The notes beneath the pieces were generated by a model. It did not search any database, was not told the origin of the DNA, and saw only the letters and a program-made list of their open reading frames with translations. The translations under genes and the position numbers were made by a program. From NCBI RefSeq assembly GCF_006345805.1, contig NC_042998.1, positions 33,294,001-33,358,000 on the forward strand: a stretch of 64,000 bases of DNA. The letters run 5' to 3'. Position 1 is the first letter of the stretch. Every line of letters starts with the position of its first letter. Positions 1 through 13,155 of the stretch are shown here, in pieces. Source of the DNA: Octopus sinensis (lineage: Eukaryota).

Positions 1-1412
1 ACTACCGTCTGATCTCGCTCACATCTCATATCATCAAGGTATTTGAGAGGGTAGTGAGATCACAAATAACCCACTTTCTTGAAAGTAACAGACTGTTGAA
101 CCCCAACCAACATGGGTTCCGTAATGGAAGGAACTGCCTAACACAGCTCCTGCATCACCTTGGTGACATTTCGAGAGCTGTGGGAGAGGGTTCGAATACT
201 GATGTCATCTACTTTGATTTCAGCAAAGGCCTTTGACAAGGTAGATCATAAGTTCCTCTTGAAGAAACTATCCAACATTGGTGTCTCTGGAAAGTTACTA
301 CAATGTATCAAGTGTTTCCTGACAGGCAGAATCCAACACGTTGTAGTTGAAGAAGTAAAATCAAGCCCAGCCAAAGTCAGTAATGGTGTCCCACAAGGCA
401 CTGTGTTGGGCCCACTTCTTTCCATCATCTACATCAATGACATTACTGACATCATCAAGCACAACAACATAAGAATCTTTGCAGATGATTCCAAGATCCA
501 GAAGGTCATCAATGAAGTGGGTGACCGGGCATGCCTTCAATCAGGTCTACTGGCTGACATCCAATGGGCGGAAAAGAATAATATACTGCTGAACGAGGAC
601 AAGTTTGAGTTAATCCACTTCGGAAAAGAGGATACTCCCTTCCTTCAGGTGAAACTCTCATGGCATCCAACAACATAAGCTGGGTTACACATATAAGCAG
701 CAAAGTTGACATGGCACGCAGAATGTGTTCCTGGATTCTCAGAATCTTCCAGTCGAGAGATTCCCTCACCATTATCCTTCACTTCTCCACTTTTGCCCGA
801 CCCCACCTTGAATACTGTTGTTCATTGTGGTCTCCCCACACGAAACAAAGTATCATGAAAATTGAAGCACCTCAAAGGTCAATTACAAAAAAGATAGATG
901 GCATGACAGGTCTTGACTATTGGGGTCGGCTAGAAAAGCTTAAGCTTTATTTTCCCCAACGCTGCCGTGAGCGCTACATCATCTGCATGATGTGGAAAAT
1001 ATTCCATCAGCATTGCCCAAATTATGTTAGCATTGCCTTTAAGACATACGCAAGACTTGGGTCCTGTACTATCCGCACACACCATAAATCATGCTCGCAT
1101 GGCATAACACTACGGCACAATTATTTCACCTTAATTGGTCCCGCCCACTTTAACATTACAGCAAAACACATTAAAGCAGAAACAGCAAAACACATTAAAG
1201 CAGAAACAGACACCATAAAATGCAAGAAGTCTTTGGACAAATTCTTTCAAGAAATCCTGGATAAACCTCCTACACCCGGATATGTCTCCGTAAACAATAA
1301 CTCTCCAATTGAGCGGACCATGCTGTGCGATTCCTGATTTGAATGACTTTGCCAGGTTGTGCTATTAAGTTAGACATGGCCTAGGCCAGTACTGGCCGAA
1401 ACCTATCAAAGT
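1..1412 (+). mobile_element. Degenerate CR1/L2-group LINE, RT and C-terminal part plus 3' UTR (frameshifted; 5' end outside window)
   Basis: Three overlapping frames give NQHGFR..CLTQLL, KAFDKVDH, GVPQGTVLGPLL, IFADDSK, RPHLEYCCSLWSP, LDKF..DKPPTPGY..NNNS; ends at a (CA)n tract. Confidence 0.9.
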
Positions 1413-1414
1413 AT

Positions 1415-1447
<33 letters not shown>

Positions 1448-1452
1448 ACACA

Positions 1453-1536
<84 letters not shown>

Positions 1537-1542
1537 ATATGT

Positions 1543-1832
1543 GGTGGCGCAATGGCCCAGTGGTTAGGGCAGCGGACTCGTGGTCGTAGGGTCACGGTTT
1601 CGATTCCCAAACCGGGCGTTGTGAGTGTTTATTGAGCGAAAACACCTAAAAGCTCCACGAGGCTCTGGCAGGGGGTGGGTGGACCCTGCAGTACTCTTTC
1701 GCCACAACTTTCTCTCACTCTTTCTTCTGTTAGCCTGCTCGCCAATGGCGTCATTCGAAGGCTAAAACAATGCGAACGCATTGTGACCAGCGATGTGTAA
1801 CAACGTCTGATAGTCTGTTCGGTCACGTGATA
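1543..1832 (+). mobile_element. tRNA(Arg)-like-head SINE (octopus OR-type), tail variant 1
   Basis: Head GGCGCAATGGCCCAGTGGTTAGGGCAGCGGACTCG..GTTTCGATTCCC with A/B boxes; tail ending GGTCACGTGATA also at 5200-5320. Confidence 0.8.
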
Positions 1833-1836
1833 TATA

Positions 1837-1885
<49 letters not shown>

Positions 1886-2628
1886 TACGAATATAGATAT
1901 ATATTTGGCATCATTCTACTCGCCAAGCTCTCCAGAGAATATTAAGTGGAGAAGCAGTCACTCGAAGCCATAAATACACACACACACACGTGTGTGTGTG
2001 TGTATTGCAGAATTGAGGAGTGAGAGAATGATCACTTTCACTAAATAAATCAATTTTTTTCTCAAACAACTACAATTATGAACTTCGTACATGTAATAAG
2101 AAATAGTCAGACCCCACAGACTCTTACGTAGATTAGAATGCCACCTATTTTAAATATAAATCACTATAATAATTTCTCATTTTTAGATTTGTTCAAGTAC
2201 AAGTTATCGTAGTGGTGTTCGAATTTGAACTCACCAATTGTTTTTGTCTTTCGGTTTTTTCCCCACATTTGTTTCAAATTTATGTTTTAGAAGCTCTACA
2301 ATTACGAATTTTAAAAAGTCGTTTAATTAATATTGCTAGGTCTTCTAGAATAGCTGTCTTACGTAGATCGGAATTTCTCTCTTCTTTTGTTTTTTCTTTT
2401 CGGGATTTTTCCACATTTTATAATATCCCACTCGGACTTTCTTTAAAACTTTTTAATCTATGCTTTTTTTTTAAACGTCTACATATCCCCTCATCGTACC
2501 TTTGGAACTCAACAGCCACCACCTTTATAAGATATTTTCATAATGTTGTAGTATTCCACACTTATAATCTGTAATTCTTACAGAAAAAGAAAATGGAAAA
2601 GCTAGCGTGCAAGAATCGAAATAGCTCG

Positions 2629-2668
<40 letters not shown>

Positions 2669-2689
2669 TGGGATCGGGATTAAGCGGAA

Positions 2690-2950
2690 ATATGAAAATT
2701 GCTTTCTAATTTCCTTTTTGCGTATTCGACGCCCTTTTCAAGCCTACCCAGGCTCATGGGCCCCGTTTCTGTGGCGTATGTATTCCCCCCTGCTGGACGG
2801 CACCCCAGTCCATCGCAGCGTTACTCAAGAAACATCGTGGAGCTTTTAGGTGTTTTCGCTCAATAAACACACAACGCCCAGTCTGGGAATCGAAGCCGCG
2901 ATCCTCCGACCGCGAGTCCGCTGCCCCAACCACTGGGCCATTGCGCCTCT
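2690..2950 (-). mobile_element. OR-type tRNA-head SINE, tail variant 2
   Basis: Reverse complement of the same head at 2860-2950, different 3' region. Confidence 0.75.
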
Positions 2951-4122
2951 TTTTTGAGTATTACAAATGTTAAAAGACTGAAGATATAATGTGCAACATA
3001 CTTAGAACAACGAAACTCAGCTTGCAGTTAGATTAGTCTCTCTTTGCGGAGCAATGAAAGTCTGTTTCTTGTTTTTGATTGTTTCGTCAAAGATTAACAA
3101 ATCAATGAGTGCTATTATCACACCAGTAAATAAAATCAAGGAACAGGCGTACAATTCCCCGCTGTTTCTACAATTTTGTTCTGAGAGAGACTGATAAAGA
3201 TTTATGAACTTTTGTTGCTCACAGAATTTCCATGACTGTCAAAGGGAAACTGTCTGGAAATTTCGTATTTCTTTATTGCCTACAAGGGGCTAAACATAGA
3301 GGGGACAAACAAGGACAGACAAACGGATTAAGTCGATTACATCGACCTCAGTACGTAAAGAAATAAATATTGAACTACTTCATAAAAACAAGAAACATAC
3401 TTTCATTGGTTCGCCAAGAGAGACTAATCTGAGTGCAAGCTGAGTTTGGTTGTTCTAAGTATGTTGCACATTATATCTTCAATCTTTTAACATTTGTAAT
3501 ACGCAAAAAGGAGGCGCAATGGCCCAGTGGTTAGGGCAGCGGACTCGCGGGCGGAGGATCGCGGTTTCAGCCTGATGTCAAGAATCTGATATCCCTGCAC
3601 AATATACACCCATCGGATTAGAAATATAAAAACAATGTAGTTTCATGTGGAATGTAAATTTAGTCTTTCATCTTGTAAAATCAACAAAATAATGAGTTAA
3701 TTAGGTTAAGTTTTATTTGTGAAGTACAATTGTTTTGAATTTACAATAGAAAGAGGTTTGTGTTAGTAATAGTGTGTGGGTGGGTGGAGTGCTAGGAATG
3801 TGGTTTGGGTGCCAAGAGGGCAGCATTCCAGAACGTTTGGGAACTACTGGACTGAATGTTTTTAAGTCTTTATGTTTCTCTTTGCTTTCGGTTCATAAAT
3901 CGTCAGTTTCCCCACCCCCCACTTTTCTCATTTTATGGAACTCCTAACAATAAAGATTAATTTATTTTATTTATTCTTCATTTGCTTATTGCATAACTAA
4001 ATAGTCTTTAAAACAAATGAAACGAGTCGCATATTTGGACAACGATGTAAATATTTTCCTTCTTTTAATCATGAAATTCTCTAAGCAGTTTAACATTTTC
4101 AACTTTGTTCTTTATAAATATA

Positions 4123-4513
4123 CTAGCAATTTCGCCCGGCGTTGCTCGGGTTTGTTTCGACCCTTTAGAATTGGAATTTTTGAAAAGTAAAAATTTTGCA
4201 TTATGTAGCTTGTTATTCTTATTAAGTGAACAGTTTTCTAGTTTAAATACACTGAAAAATGGCGACACAGCAGTCAAAAAATCGTAAAAAATAGGATTTT
4301 CATAGAAAAAAAGCACCTTTTTGCTGTAAATAAATTTTGGTGTTAACATGGCCCGATTTGAATTTTATTTTCTACGGAAGTAAGAGCAAGCCTTCTTCTA
4401 TCATACTCTCAATTTTGGTCAACTTGCGCCGCAGGGTCTCAGAGGAGATAGTGTAAGTTGAAGGCTACAAAACCTGCCCAACACAGACAACTTCAGCTTT
4501 ATATAGAGAGAGA
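4123..4513 (-). mobile_element. Non-autonomous Helitron-like element, family A
   Basis: Minus strand starts TCTCT..ATATAAAGCTGAAG, ends with hairpin CCCGAGCAACGCCGGG then CTAG|T; second copy at 14931-15322. Confidence 0.8.
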
Positions 4514-4514
4514 C

Positions 4515-4790
4515 GAGGGATGTCAGAGTTTTTATAAACCATTTGTACGAATCACGAAGAACACGCAGAGCTCATCAGAGAAAGCCTGAATTTGTGAACA
4601 AATTGGTACAAATAATCTTGAGAACCTTTTATCACACCTCTTCAATAAATGCACCGTTAGCGTCAATAGTTGCTTCAGTACGAAGTCGGAAGTGTTGACA
4701 TGCCTGAATCAGACGATCTTTATTAAATATGGACGCGGTGCTGGTTATGGCGGATTTGAGAGATTGTATGATGTTATGGAGGTTTTGTTT
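4515..4790 (-). mobile_element. 3' end of a Tc1/mariner-superfamily (maT/DD37D-like) transposase
   Basis: Minus frame ..DRLIQACQHFRLRTEATIDANGAFIE resembles the C-terminal ACxxFRxRxEAVxxAxGxxIE motif. Confidence 0.6.
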
Positions 4791-4791
4791 G

Positions 4792-4838
<47 letters not shown>

Positions 4839-4872
4839 CTGCACCTCATATATATACATGTATATATATATA

Positions 4873-4923
<51 letters not shown>

Positions 4924-5162
4924 ATATATACACAAACACACACACACATGACGGGATTCTTTCAGTTTCCTTCTACCAAATCTACTCACAGGGTTTTGGT
5001 CGGCCCGAGGCTATAGTAGAAGACACTTGCCCAAAGTGCCACGCAGTGGGACTGAACCCGGAACTATGTGGTTGGGAAGCAAGCTTCTTACCCCACAGCC
5101 ACGCCTGCGCCTATATGTGTGTGTGAGTGTGTATGATAGATAGATACATGCATATATGTATG

Positions 5163-5199
<37 letters not shown>

Positions 5200-5826
5200 T
5201 GGCCTGCTCGCTTAGCCAGTGGGGTGGCGTCATTCGGAGGCTAAAACAATGCGAACGCATTGTGACCAGCGATGTGCAACAACATCTGATGGTCTGGTCG
5301 GTCACGTGATCACGTGATATATATATATACACACACATATGTTTGTGTGTGTGTGTTTGTGCGTGTGAGAGAGAGAAAATCATGAGGAATAGAGAGACAG
5401 ACAGACAGATAGACACGCAAAAAAGAAAAAAAATAGGTTGAGAGATAGCTAGAGACATGTCATGCGTGTATAGGCGTCTGTTTGTGAGATACATCTGCAG
5501 CGCTCGGATGGCCTACTTTTATATCTCAAAGACCCTACATATTTATCTATTTTAAGTTTAATACGTTTAGGAAAACGAACACTGTACGGTTCACTTCTAA
5601 ATTATATGCATGGCTGCTTCTTTAAACATAGTTTTACTCTTTCGATGCTTTTTTCCCAACGGATACAGGAGTTCAGCCTGAACAGAAGCTAAATCGTATC
5701 ATTAGCCGTGAGAGGACTTGTAAAAACTTTGAACACTGATTTTCTTTCCTTTCTTTTTTGTCTTACTTTACCGTAGTCAGTCATGATCGAGCCAACCGAT
5801 GGTGTTTCAGATGCAATCATCTAATG

Positions 5827-6101
5827 CACTGGTTCCCAAACTTTTTCGGGATGCCGTCTCCTTGACACCCGGGCCACATTCCTAGCGCTCCCTCCCCAAC
5901 TAACCATCACAAACATAGACTTTTTTCTGAAGCAAATTCAAGACAACTGTTATTCACAAATGAAACTTAAACTAACGAACCCATTATTTTGTTGTTTTTA
6001 CATGAATCGCTCTCTCATTATCGCCCCACTTTTCTTCAACGCCCTCTTGGAGCTTTCCACCGCCCCCAGGGGGACCATACCACCCACTTTGAGAACCACT
6101 G
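5827..6101. mobile_element. hAT-type MITE with 8-bp TSD
   Basis: TIRs CACTGGTTCCCAAAC / TTTGAGAACCACTG; ATCTAATG duplicated at 5819-5826 and 6102-6109. Confidence 0.9.
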
Positions 6102-6219
6102 ATCTAATGTGTCCTCAACTTACAATGGCACTTTTTTTTAATGTAGTAAAAAAATGTCTTGTAACACTCTTATTTTTGAATGTCAAGCATGTGAAAGTAA
6201 ACGAAAGAGAAGAGAAATT

Positions 6220-6565
6220 AACCCCAGCACGCAACTGGTACTTGATTTATCGACTCCGAAAGGATGAAAGGCAAAGTCGACCTCGGCGGAATTTGAACTC
6301 AGAACGTAAAGACTGACCGAACACCTATTTCTTTACTACCCACAAGGGGCTAAACACAGAGAGGACAAACAAGAACAGACAAACGGATTAGGTCGATTAT
6401 ATCATCAACCCCAGTGCGTAACTGGTACTTAATTTATCGACCCCGAAAAGATGAAAGGCAAAGTCGACCTCGGCGGAATTTGAACTCAGAACGTAACGGC
6501 AGACGAAATACGGCTAAGCATTTCGCCCGGCGTGCTAACGTTTCTACCAGCTCACCGCCTTGAAT
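6220..6565 (-). mobile_element. tRNA-head SINE with GTCGACTTTGCCTTTCATCCTTTCGGGGTCGAT core (Meta-like domain), dimer
   Basis: Head GGCGGCGAGCTGGCAGAA.., B-box GAGTTCAAATTCC, body unit repeated. Confidence 0.8.
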
Positions 6566-6814
6566 AACCATATATGGACAGCGATAAGATATTTCGCATT
6601 TTTCATATTGATATTAGGGACATCTGCAAGGCGGCGAACTGGCAGAATCGTTATCATCGAGCGTTTTTTATTTCTACAGGCTTTATCAGAGCTCGTTTCT
6701 ATTTTAGATAGAAATTATAGTGGAGATAGGTGACGTCGACCGAGTCTAGCATATTACTGGGTCTTCGTAATGTCATTGAACACCAAAAGGGTGGGGAATG
6801 TAAAATTCTAGGCA

Positions 6815-7170
6815 CGGGTGTGTGGTAAGAGGTTTGCTTCCCAACCAAATGGTCCTGGATTCAGTCCCACTGCGTGGAACTTTGGGCAAGTGTCTTCCCC
6901 TATAGTCTAGGCCGGACCAAAGTCTTGTGAGTGGATTTGGTAGACGGAAACTGAATGAAGCCTGTTGACTGTATATATGTGTGTGTGTGTTTATGTCTCC
7001 TCACCACCGTTTGACAACTGGTGCTGGTGGTTACGTACCCGTAACGTAGCGGTTTGGCTTAAGAGACCGATAGAATAAATGCCAGTGTTTAAAAATAAAT
7101 TCTCAACTAAAATTCTTCAAGACAGTGCCCCAGCATGGGCGCAGTCTAATGACTGACACAAAAGATAAAA
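6815..7170 (+). mobile_element. CORE-type SINE with internal (TA)(TG) microsatellite
   Basis: tRNA-like head, CORE-like TTGGGCAAGTGTCTT, internal microsatellite, conserved tail ..CAGCATGG..CAGTC.AATGACTGA. Confidence 0.75.
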
Positions 7171-7229
7171 AATAGAAAGATAAAATATATATTGTGTTAT
7201 TATTCATTTAAGAGAAGGTGGTGAGCTGA

Positions 7230-7790
7230 CAGAGTCGTTAACACGCCGGGCGAAATGCTTGGCTGTATTTCGTCTGCCGTTACGTTCTGAGTTCAAATAT
7301 TGCCGAGGTCGACTTTGCCTTTCATCCTTCCTTTCAGAGTCGAAAATCAAGTATAAGGTTACGCACTGGGGGTCGATGTAATCGACTTAATCCGTTTGTT
7401 TGTCCTCTCTGTGATTAGCCCCTTCTGGGTAGTAAAGAAATAGGTATTTCGTCTGCCGCTACGGTCTGCGTTCAAATTCCGCCGAGGTCGATTTTGCCTT
7501 TCATCCTTTCGGGGTCGATAAATCAAGTACCAGTTACGCACTGGGGTCGATGTAATCGACTTAATCCGTTTGTTTGTCCTTGTTCGTCCTTACTGTGTTT
7601 AGCCCCTTGTGGGTAGTAAAGAAATAAGCATTTCGTCTACCGCTACGTCCTGAATTCAAAACTTTTCCTTTCATCCTTTCGGGGTCGATAAATTAAGAAC
7701 CAATCAAGTCCTGGGGTCGATGTACTCGACTCTTTCCCCCCGCCCCCGCCACAAATTCCAGGCCTTGTGCCTTTAGCAGAAAAGATTATT
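7230..7790 (+). mobile_element. Meta-like SINE multimer (about 3 body units)
   Basis: ~190-bp unit TATTTCGTCTGCCGCTACG..GGGTAGTAAAGAAATAGG reiterated behind one head. Confidence 0.8.
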
Positions 7791-8289
7791 CATCTGAAAG
7801 TTTCCATACAATGTTTCTATTTTCTTATTTGAAACTGAATCAAGCAGTTGGTCCCGGTTGAAGAGCAAATCCGTTACTTTCTATTTACTTTCTATTTTTA
7901 CGTTAAGTACGAAAACAGAAACACGATCTAGTCTTCTTCTTTTCATGTTTCAGGCAACAGCGACGGCAGAGTAATAATGTCTGTCTGACTATTCACCGTT
8001 CTTCACCTTCATTTTCTTGACTATCATCAATTTATTTTCTACATTTTGTTTTCACTAATTGTCTTTAAAGATTCTAAAAATTGCTTTTGGATTATGATTG
8101 CTGTTTTTATTTTCTTCTTTCGGTAACTTCAGGGAGATGAACGAAGGGTAAATTACAAAATATTCCAATACAAATATATAAACTAATGACCTAAACGGTT
8201 AACAAGTTGGTTATAGCTTAACTACTTCCAGATGCATCTGAAATTTGCCTTCATATTTTATGCGAAATGAGTAAATTGGCATAAATTGG

Positions 8290-8291
8290 TA

Positions 8292-8335
<44 letters not shown>

Positions 8336-8740
8336 AGATATATATATATATATATACATACATAGATAAAATACATATATACATATATAACATACATATA
8401 TACATATACATACATATATACATATATATATACATATATATATATTACATACATATATATATATACATATATATATATACATACATATATATATACATAC
8501 ACATATACATACATATATACATATGTATATACATACATATATATATATATACATATATATATACATATATATATACATATATATATACATATATATATAT
8601 ACATACATATATACATATATACATATATATATATACATACATATATATATACATACATATATACATATACATACATATATACATATGTATATACATACAT
8701 ATATACATATATACATATATATATACATATATATATACAC

Positions 8741-8807
<67 letters not shown>

Positions 8808-8815
8808 TTTATATA
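8290..8815. repeat. Compound (TA)n/(TACA)n microsatellite
   Basis: Visible directly; source of the spurious YI/CI-rich ORFs. Confidence 0.95.
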
Positions 8816-8816
8816 A

Positions 8817-10590
8817 ATCCTTAAATCCTTAAAAATGTTTTAGCCCGAAGGCTGCGCGCCATGCTGGGGCACCACCGCTGAATGAGCTACACTAGTTTGT
8901 GAATCCACCTCTGATACGTGGCACTTGATCAACAAGGGAGTTCGATGCTGCTGCCCGCATCCGTGTCTCCTGTCGTGAGGTAGGTTCATCTGGGACTCCC
9001 AACAAGAAGAGATCCAGTTTAGTTTTAAAGAAACCCACATCCACACCATGTAAGTCTCTCAGGCATTTAGGGAGGATGTTAAAGAGCTGTGGTCCTCTGA
9101 AAACCAAGCTGTTGCAGTATCTGGACCTGTATTTTGATGGTGATGTTGGAATCCTTGGCACCACGCAGCGGCGCCCCGTTCTGCGGTTGGAGTAACTTTG
9201 AATGCCAAAGTTTGGGACAAGACCCTCCAGGATTTTCCAGATGTATATCACTGCATATCTCTCCCGTCTCCGCTCCAGGGAGAAGAGGTTTAATACCTTC
9301 AGTCTTTCCCAGTAGCTGACATTTTGCATTGAGACGATTTTCTTTGTGTAGCTTCTCTGAGTTGCTTCGAGTTCTGCTGTTTGTTTTATATTGTGTGGTG
9401 ACCAAAGTTGGGAGCAGTAGTCCAAGCGGCTGAGGACAAATGTTTTCCATAGGACCATCAGTGTCTCCTTCTCTCTTGTTCTGAAAGTTCGGAGAATCCA
9501 TCCAGCTAGCCGTCTGCATTTTATCACCAGATTAGCAATATGCATTTGGAAAGATGCATCATTGCTCATGTCAATGCCCAGGTCACGCACTGATTTTGAC
9601 TCAGGGATTGCAATTCTTCCTGGGCCAGTGTATCCAGTCTTCACGTCATTACCTTTTGTGCCAGTAGCGCAGGGCCTGGAACTTACCTGCATTAAACTGC
9701 ATGTTTTGTCCTCAGCCCACCTGTATATTGTGTCCAGCTCATGTTGCAGATGCGCAATATTTTCAGGGTTTTGTATTGCGTGGGAGACTTTTGTGTCATC
9801 TGCATAGCTAGCAAGGGTGGTCATCGTAGCAACTGAAGGCATGTCTGAAAGGGCCACTATGAACATCATTGGCCCCAAGACAGTGCCCTGTGGGACACCG
9901 CTTGTTATTTGCGTTTCCCTGGAGGTGGCTCCATTGCTCACAACTGCCTGTTTTCTGTCTTTTAGGAAGTTGTGCAGCCACTCTCCAAGTTTCCCGCCTA
10001 TGCCGAGACCACGCAGTTTGTGACAGATCATACCATGGTCGACTTTATCAAAGGCTTTTGCAAAGTCAAGATATTACATCCACATTTGAGCCATTTAGTA
10101 GCTGTTTCAACACCCAGTCATAGTGTTGCAGGAGCTGTGTTAGGCAGCCTCTACCTGGTCGAAATCCATGCTGGGTGTCAGACAGTAAGTCATTTTCTTC
10201 AAGGAACATGATTAGTTTCTTACGGACTATTCGTTCCATGACTTTGCTGATGTGTGAGGTCAGAGAGATAGGCCTATAATTTTAGCATCTGCTCTGCTAC
10301 CTCCCTTATGGATAGGGCATATTACCCCCTCTTTCAGTTTGACTGGGAGCTTACCACTTGCAAGAAAGCTCTGAAAAAGAAGCTGTAGCGGTTTTGCAAG
10401 GGCTCGTTTGCACGATTTGAGAAGGATCGCTGGGAATCCATCAGGTCCAGCAGCTGAGTTTGTGTCAATCTCATCAATGGCTAGTGTGATATCATCTTCT
10501 TCGATGTTGATGTACTCAATTTTGTCTCTTTGGCCGCTGGTAAAGTGGCAAAGAATTCTTCTGGGTTGTTTACTTGCCTGTGTCCTAGAG
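8817..10590 (-). mobile_element. 5'-truncated CR1-group LINE, frameshifted and internally deleted
   Basis: AAGPDGFP..LKSCK, GVPQGTVLGP, YADDTK, SRLDYCSQLWSP, KLDLFLLGVPDEP..AASNSL; tail AAGGATTTAAGGATTT; (TA)n on both sides. Confidence 0.9.
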
Positions 10591-10634
10591 GTGTAGTGAA
10601 CACATATATATATGTGTAGTGAACACACATATAT

Positions 10635-10670
<36 letters not shown>

Positions 10671-10671
10671 G

Positions 10672-10736
<65 letters not shown>

Positions 10737-10740
<4 letters not shown>

Positions 10741-10905
10741 TAGAAATAAAAACACCTTTTAGCAATTCAAAATGAACAATTAACTTACACCATCCAGAAA
10801 ATTACATATAATAGAAATATTAACATTAAAATAACAATAAAATTCTGGATGGTGTAATTTAATTGTTCATTTTGAATTAATAAAAGGTGTTTTTTTTTCT
10901 AATTT
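10737..10905. repeat. ~170-bp imperfect hairpin (MITE-like)
   Basis: Arms AACACCTTTT..AATTCAAAATGAACAATTAA.TTACACCATCCAGAA / TTCTGGATGGTGTAA.TTAATTGTTCATTTTGAATT..AAAAGGTGTT. Confidence 0.75.
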
Positions 10906-11105
10906 TTTTCATATATATATATTATATTGTGTGAAATTTGATTTAGTACTTCTAAATTGAATTTTTTTTCCTTGTAAGTTTGGATTTTTTTCCTTCAAAT
11001 ATTAATATATATATTATATATATATATATGTATACGTATCACACACACGCGCATATATTCATATAGATATACATGTACATATACATATGTACATGCATAT
11101 ATATA

Positions 11106-11665
11106 CACGAACAAAACGCCCCCACCCACCGTCCAATGGACGGTGCTGAGTTGTCAAACGTTTAAACTAAATTTTCTCAAAACAACTTGTCCGACAGCCC
11201 CATAGGCCTCCCCTTTGAGAAACAGTGATTTAACCTAAATTTGAGACACCAGCAAAAGAAAAAATAAAGATAGACTTTTTTCTATTCCAAAGAAAAACGA
11301 TTTTATTCACACAAATATGCAACCGAAGAGTTTAAAGTACCAGTAATGGTAAGGCTGTTGACTGGGAGAACACAAACATGGTTTTAATAGTAAGCTTGGC
11401 AGGAAAGAAACGTGCCTTTAAGCAGTACAAAAACAACAAAAAATGGCAGGTGCAGTTATGTACAGGTTGACGCAAGAAAAGCAGGACAAAAACGACTTTA
11501 TCGATCGCATTCTCACCTGGAATCGATTTTTGTAATTTTTTCAAGACTTATACACGCCCTGATACCGTCGGTATATACATATCAAATTTGAGCGCAATCG
11601 GATGGAGGATGCCCGAGATCCGAGAAGACATACAGACAGACAGACAGAACGATTTTATATAAGAG
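11106..11665 (-). mobile_element. Non-autonomous Helitron/HINE-like element, family B (with ~170-bp insertion)
   Basis: 5' TATATAAAATCGTTCTGTCTGTCTG, 3' hairpin CACCGTCCATTGGACGGTG; uninterrupted copy at 33995-34373. Confidence 0.7.
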
Positions 11666-11899
11666 ATGTATGTACGTATATATTTATGTGTGTCTGTGTT
11701 TGTCCCACCCCATTACCACCACCACAACCGCTGTTGATATGGTTATGTCCCTGTAACTTTGCGGTTCGCGGTTACAAAGAATATGTCCTGGGGTCAATGT
11801 CTTCGACTAAAATTTCTTCGATTGCATGGCCGCAGTCAAATGACTGAAACAAGTAAGAGAAAAAAAAGAATAAAACAATATACATACGTATATATGTTT

Positions 11900-12228
11900 G
11901 GTAGCACTCCGTCGGTTGCGACGACGAGTGTTCCAGTTGATCCGATCAACGGAACAACCTGCTCGTGAAGCTAACATGCAAGTGGCTGAATACTCCACAG
12001 ACACGTGTACCCTTAACGTACTCCTCGGGGAGATTCAGCGTGACACAGTGTGTGACAAGGCTGGCCCCTTTGAAATACCGGTACGGAAAGAGTGAGAGAA
12101 AGTTGTGGTGAAAGAGTACAGCAGGGTTCACCATCAACCCCATGCCGGAGCCTCGTGGAGCTTTAGGTGCTTTCGCTCAATAAACACTACGAGTCCGCTG
12201 CCCTATACACTGGGCCATTGCGCCTCCA
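11900..12228 (-). mobile_element. OR-type SINE, tail variant 3
   Basis: Tail ..GATCAACTGGAAC.CTCGTCGT..CCGACGGAGTGC shared with 36510-36875 and 40875-41480. Confidence 0.8.
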
Positions 12229-12544
12229 CATGTATGTTTGCACACACAAACATAAGAGAGAGAGAGAGAGAGGGGCGGGTGTAGACAGGCAGACAGAGGT
12301 AGAGACGCATTCAGCTCATTCATGCATTTAATCAAAAAAACGTGAAAAAGATTTTAAATGTTCCTGGAAAATTGCCGACTGAAAAATGTGAATAAAAAGA
12401 TTCCGCAACAAAATAGCGTAAACGGTTCCAATTGTTTTCGAGCCAACAATAGTTTCATTCGTTCACCTCATCTTTTTTGCACAGCTTCATCCTTTCGCGT
12501 TTCTGTTGTATATTTATTATACATCAGCTTATATTTGAGTATTT

Positions 12545-12856
12545 TTTTTCTACTTGTTTCTGTCATTTGACTGCGGCCATGCTGGAGCATCGCCTTTAGT
12601 CGAACAAATCGACCCCAGGACTTATTCTTTGTAAGCCTAGTACTTATGCTATCGACTTCTTTAGCCGAACCGCTCAGTTACAGGGACATAAACACACCAA
12701 CATCGGTTGTTAAGCGATGGTTGGAGAGGGGACAAATACAGACACACAAATATATACATACATAATATATATATATAATATAAATTATATATATATATAT
12801 ATATATATGCATATATACATACATATTGTACATATTTACACACACACACACACACA

Positions 12857-12908
<52 letters not shown>

Positions 12909-12973
12909 GCATATGTGGGCATATATATATATATACGTATAGATGTAAGTATGCACATAAACGTATGTATATA

Positions 12974-13042
<69 letters not shown>

Positions 13043-13096
13043 TATATATATATTATTATATGATTGAACGCCACGCATCCTCTTTCGCGTAAGTTT

Positions 13097-13133
<37 letters not shown>

Positions 13134-13155
13134 GACGGGCTTCTTTCAGTTTCCT
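12545..13155 (-). mobile_element. CORE-type SINE with greatly expanded internal microsatellite
   Basis: Tail 12545-12750, ~380-bp (TA/CA) tract, head remnant GGAAACTGAAAGAAGCCCGTCG at 13131-13155. Confidence 0.75.

Noticed and set aside
8258-8816. Long ORFs of YI/CI/HT repeats (also 12661-13221, 13872-14423, 17784-18352, 56422-57024, 60349-60574)
   Set aside because: Translations of microsatellites; no coding signal.
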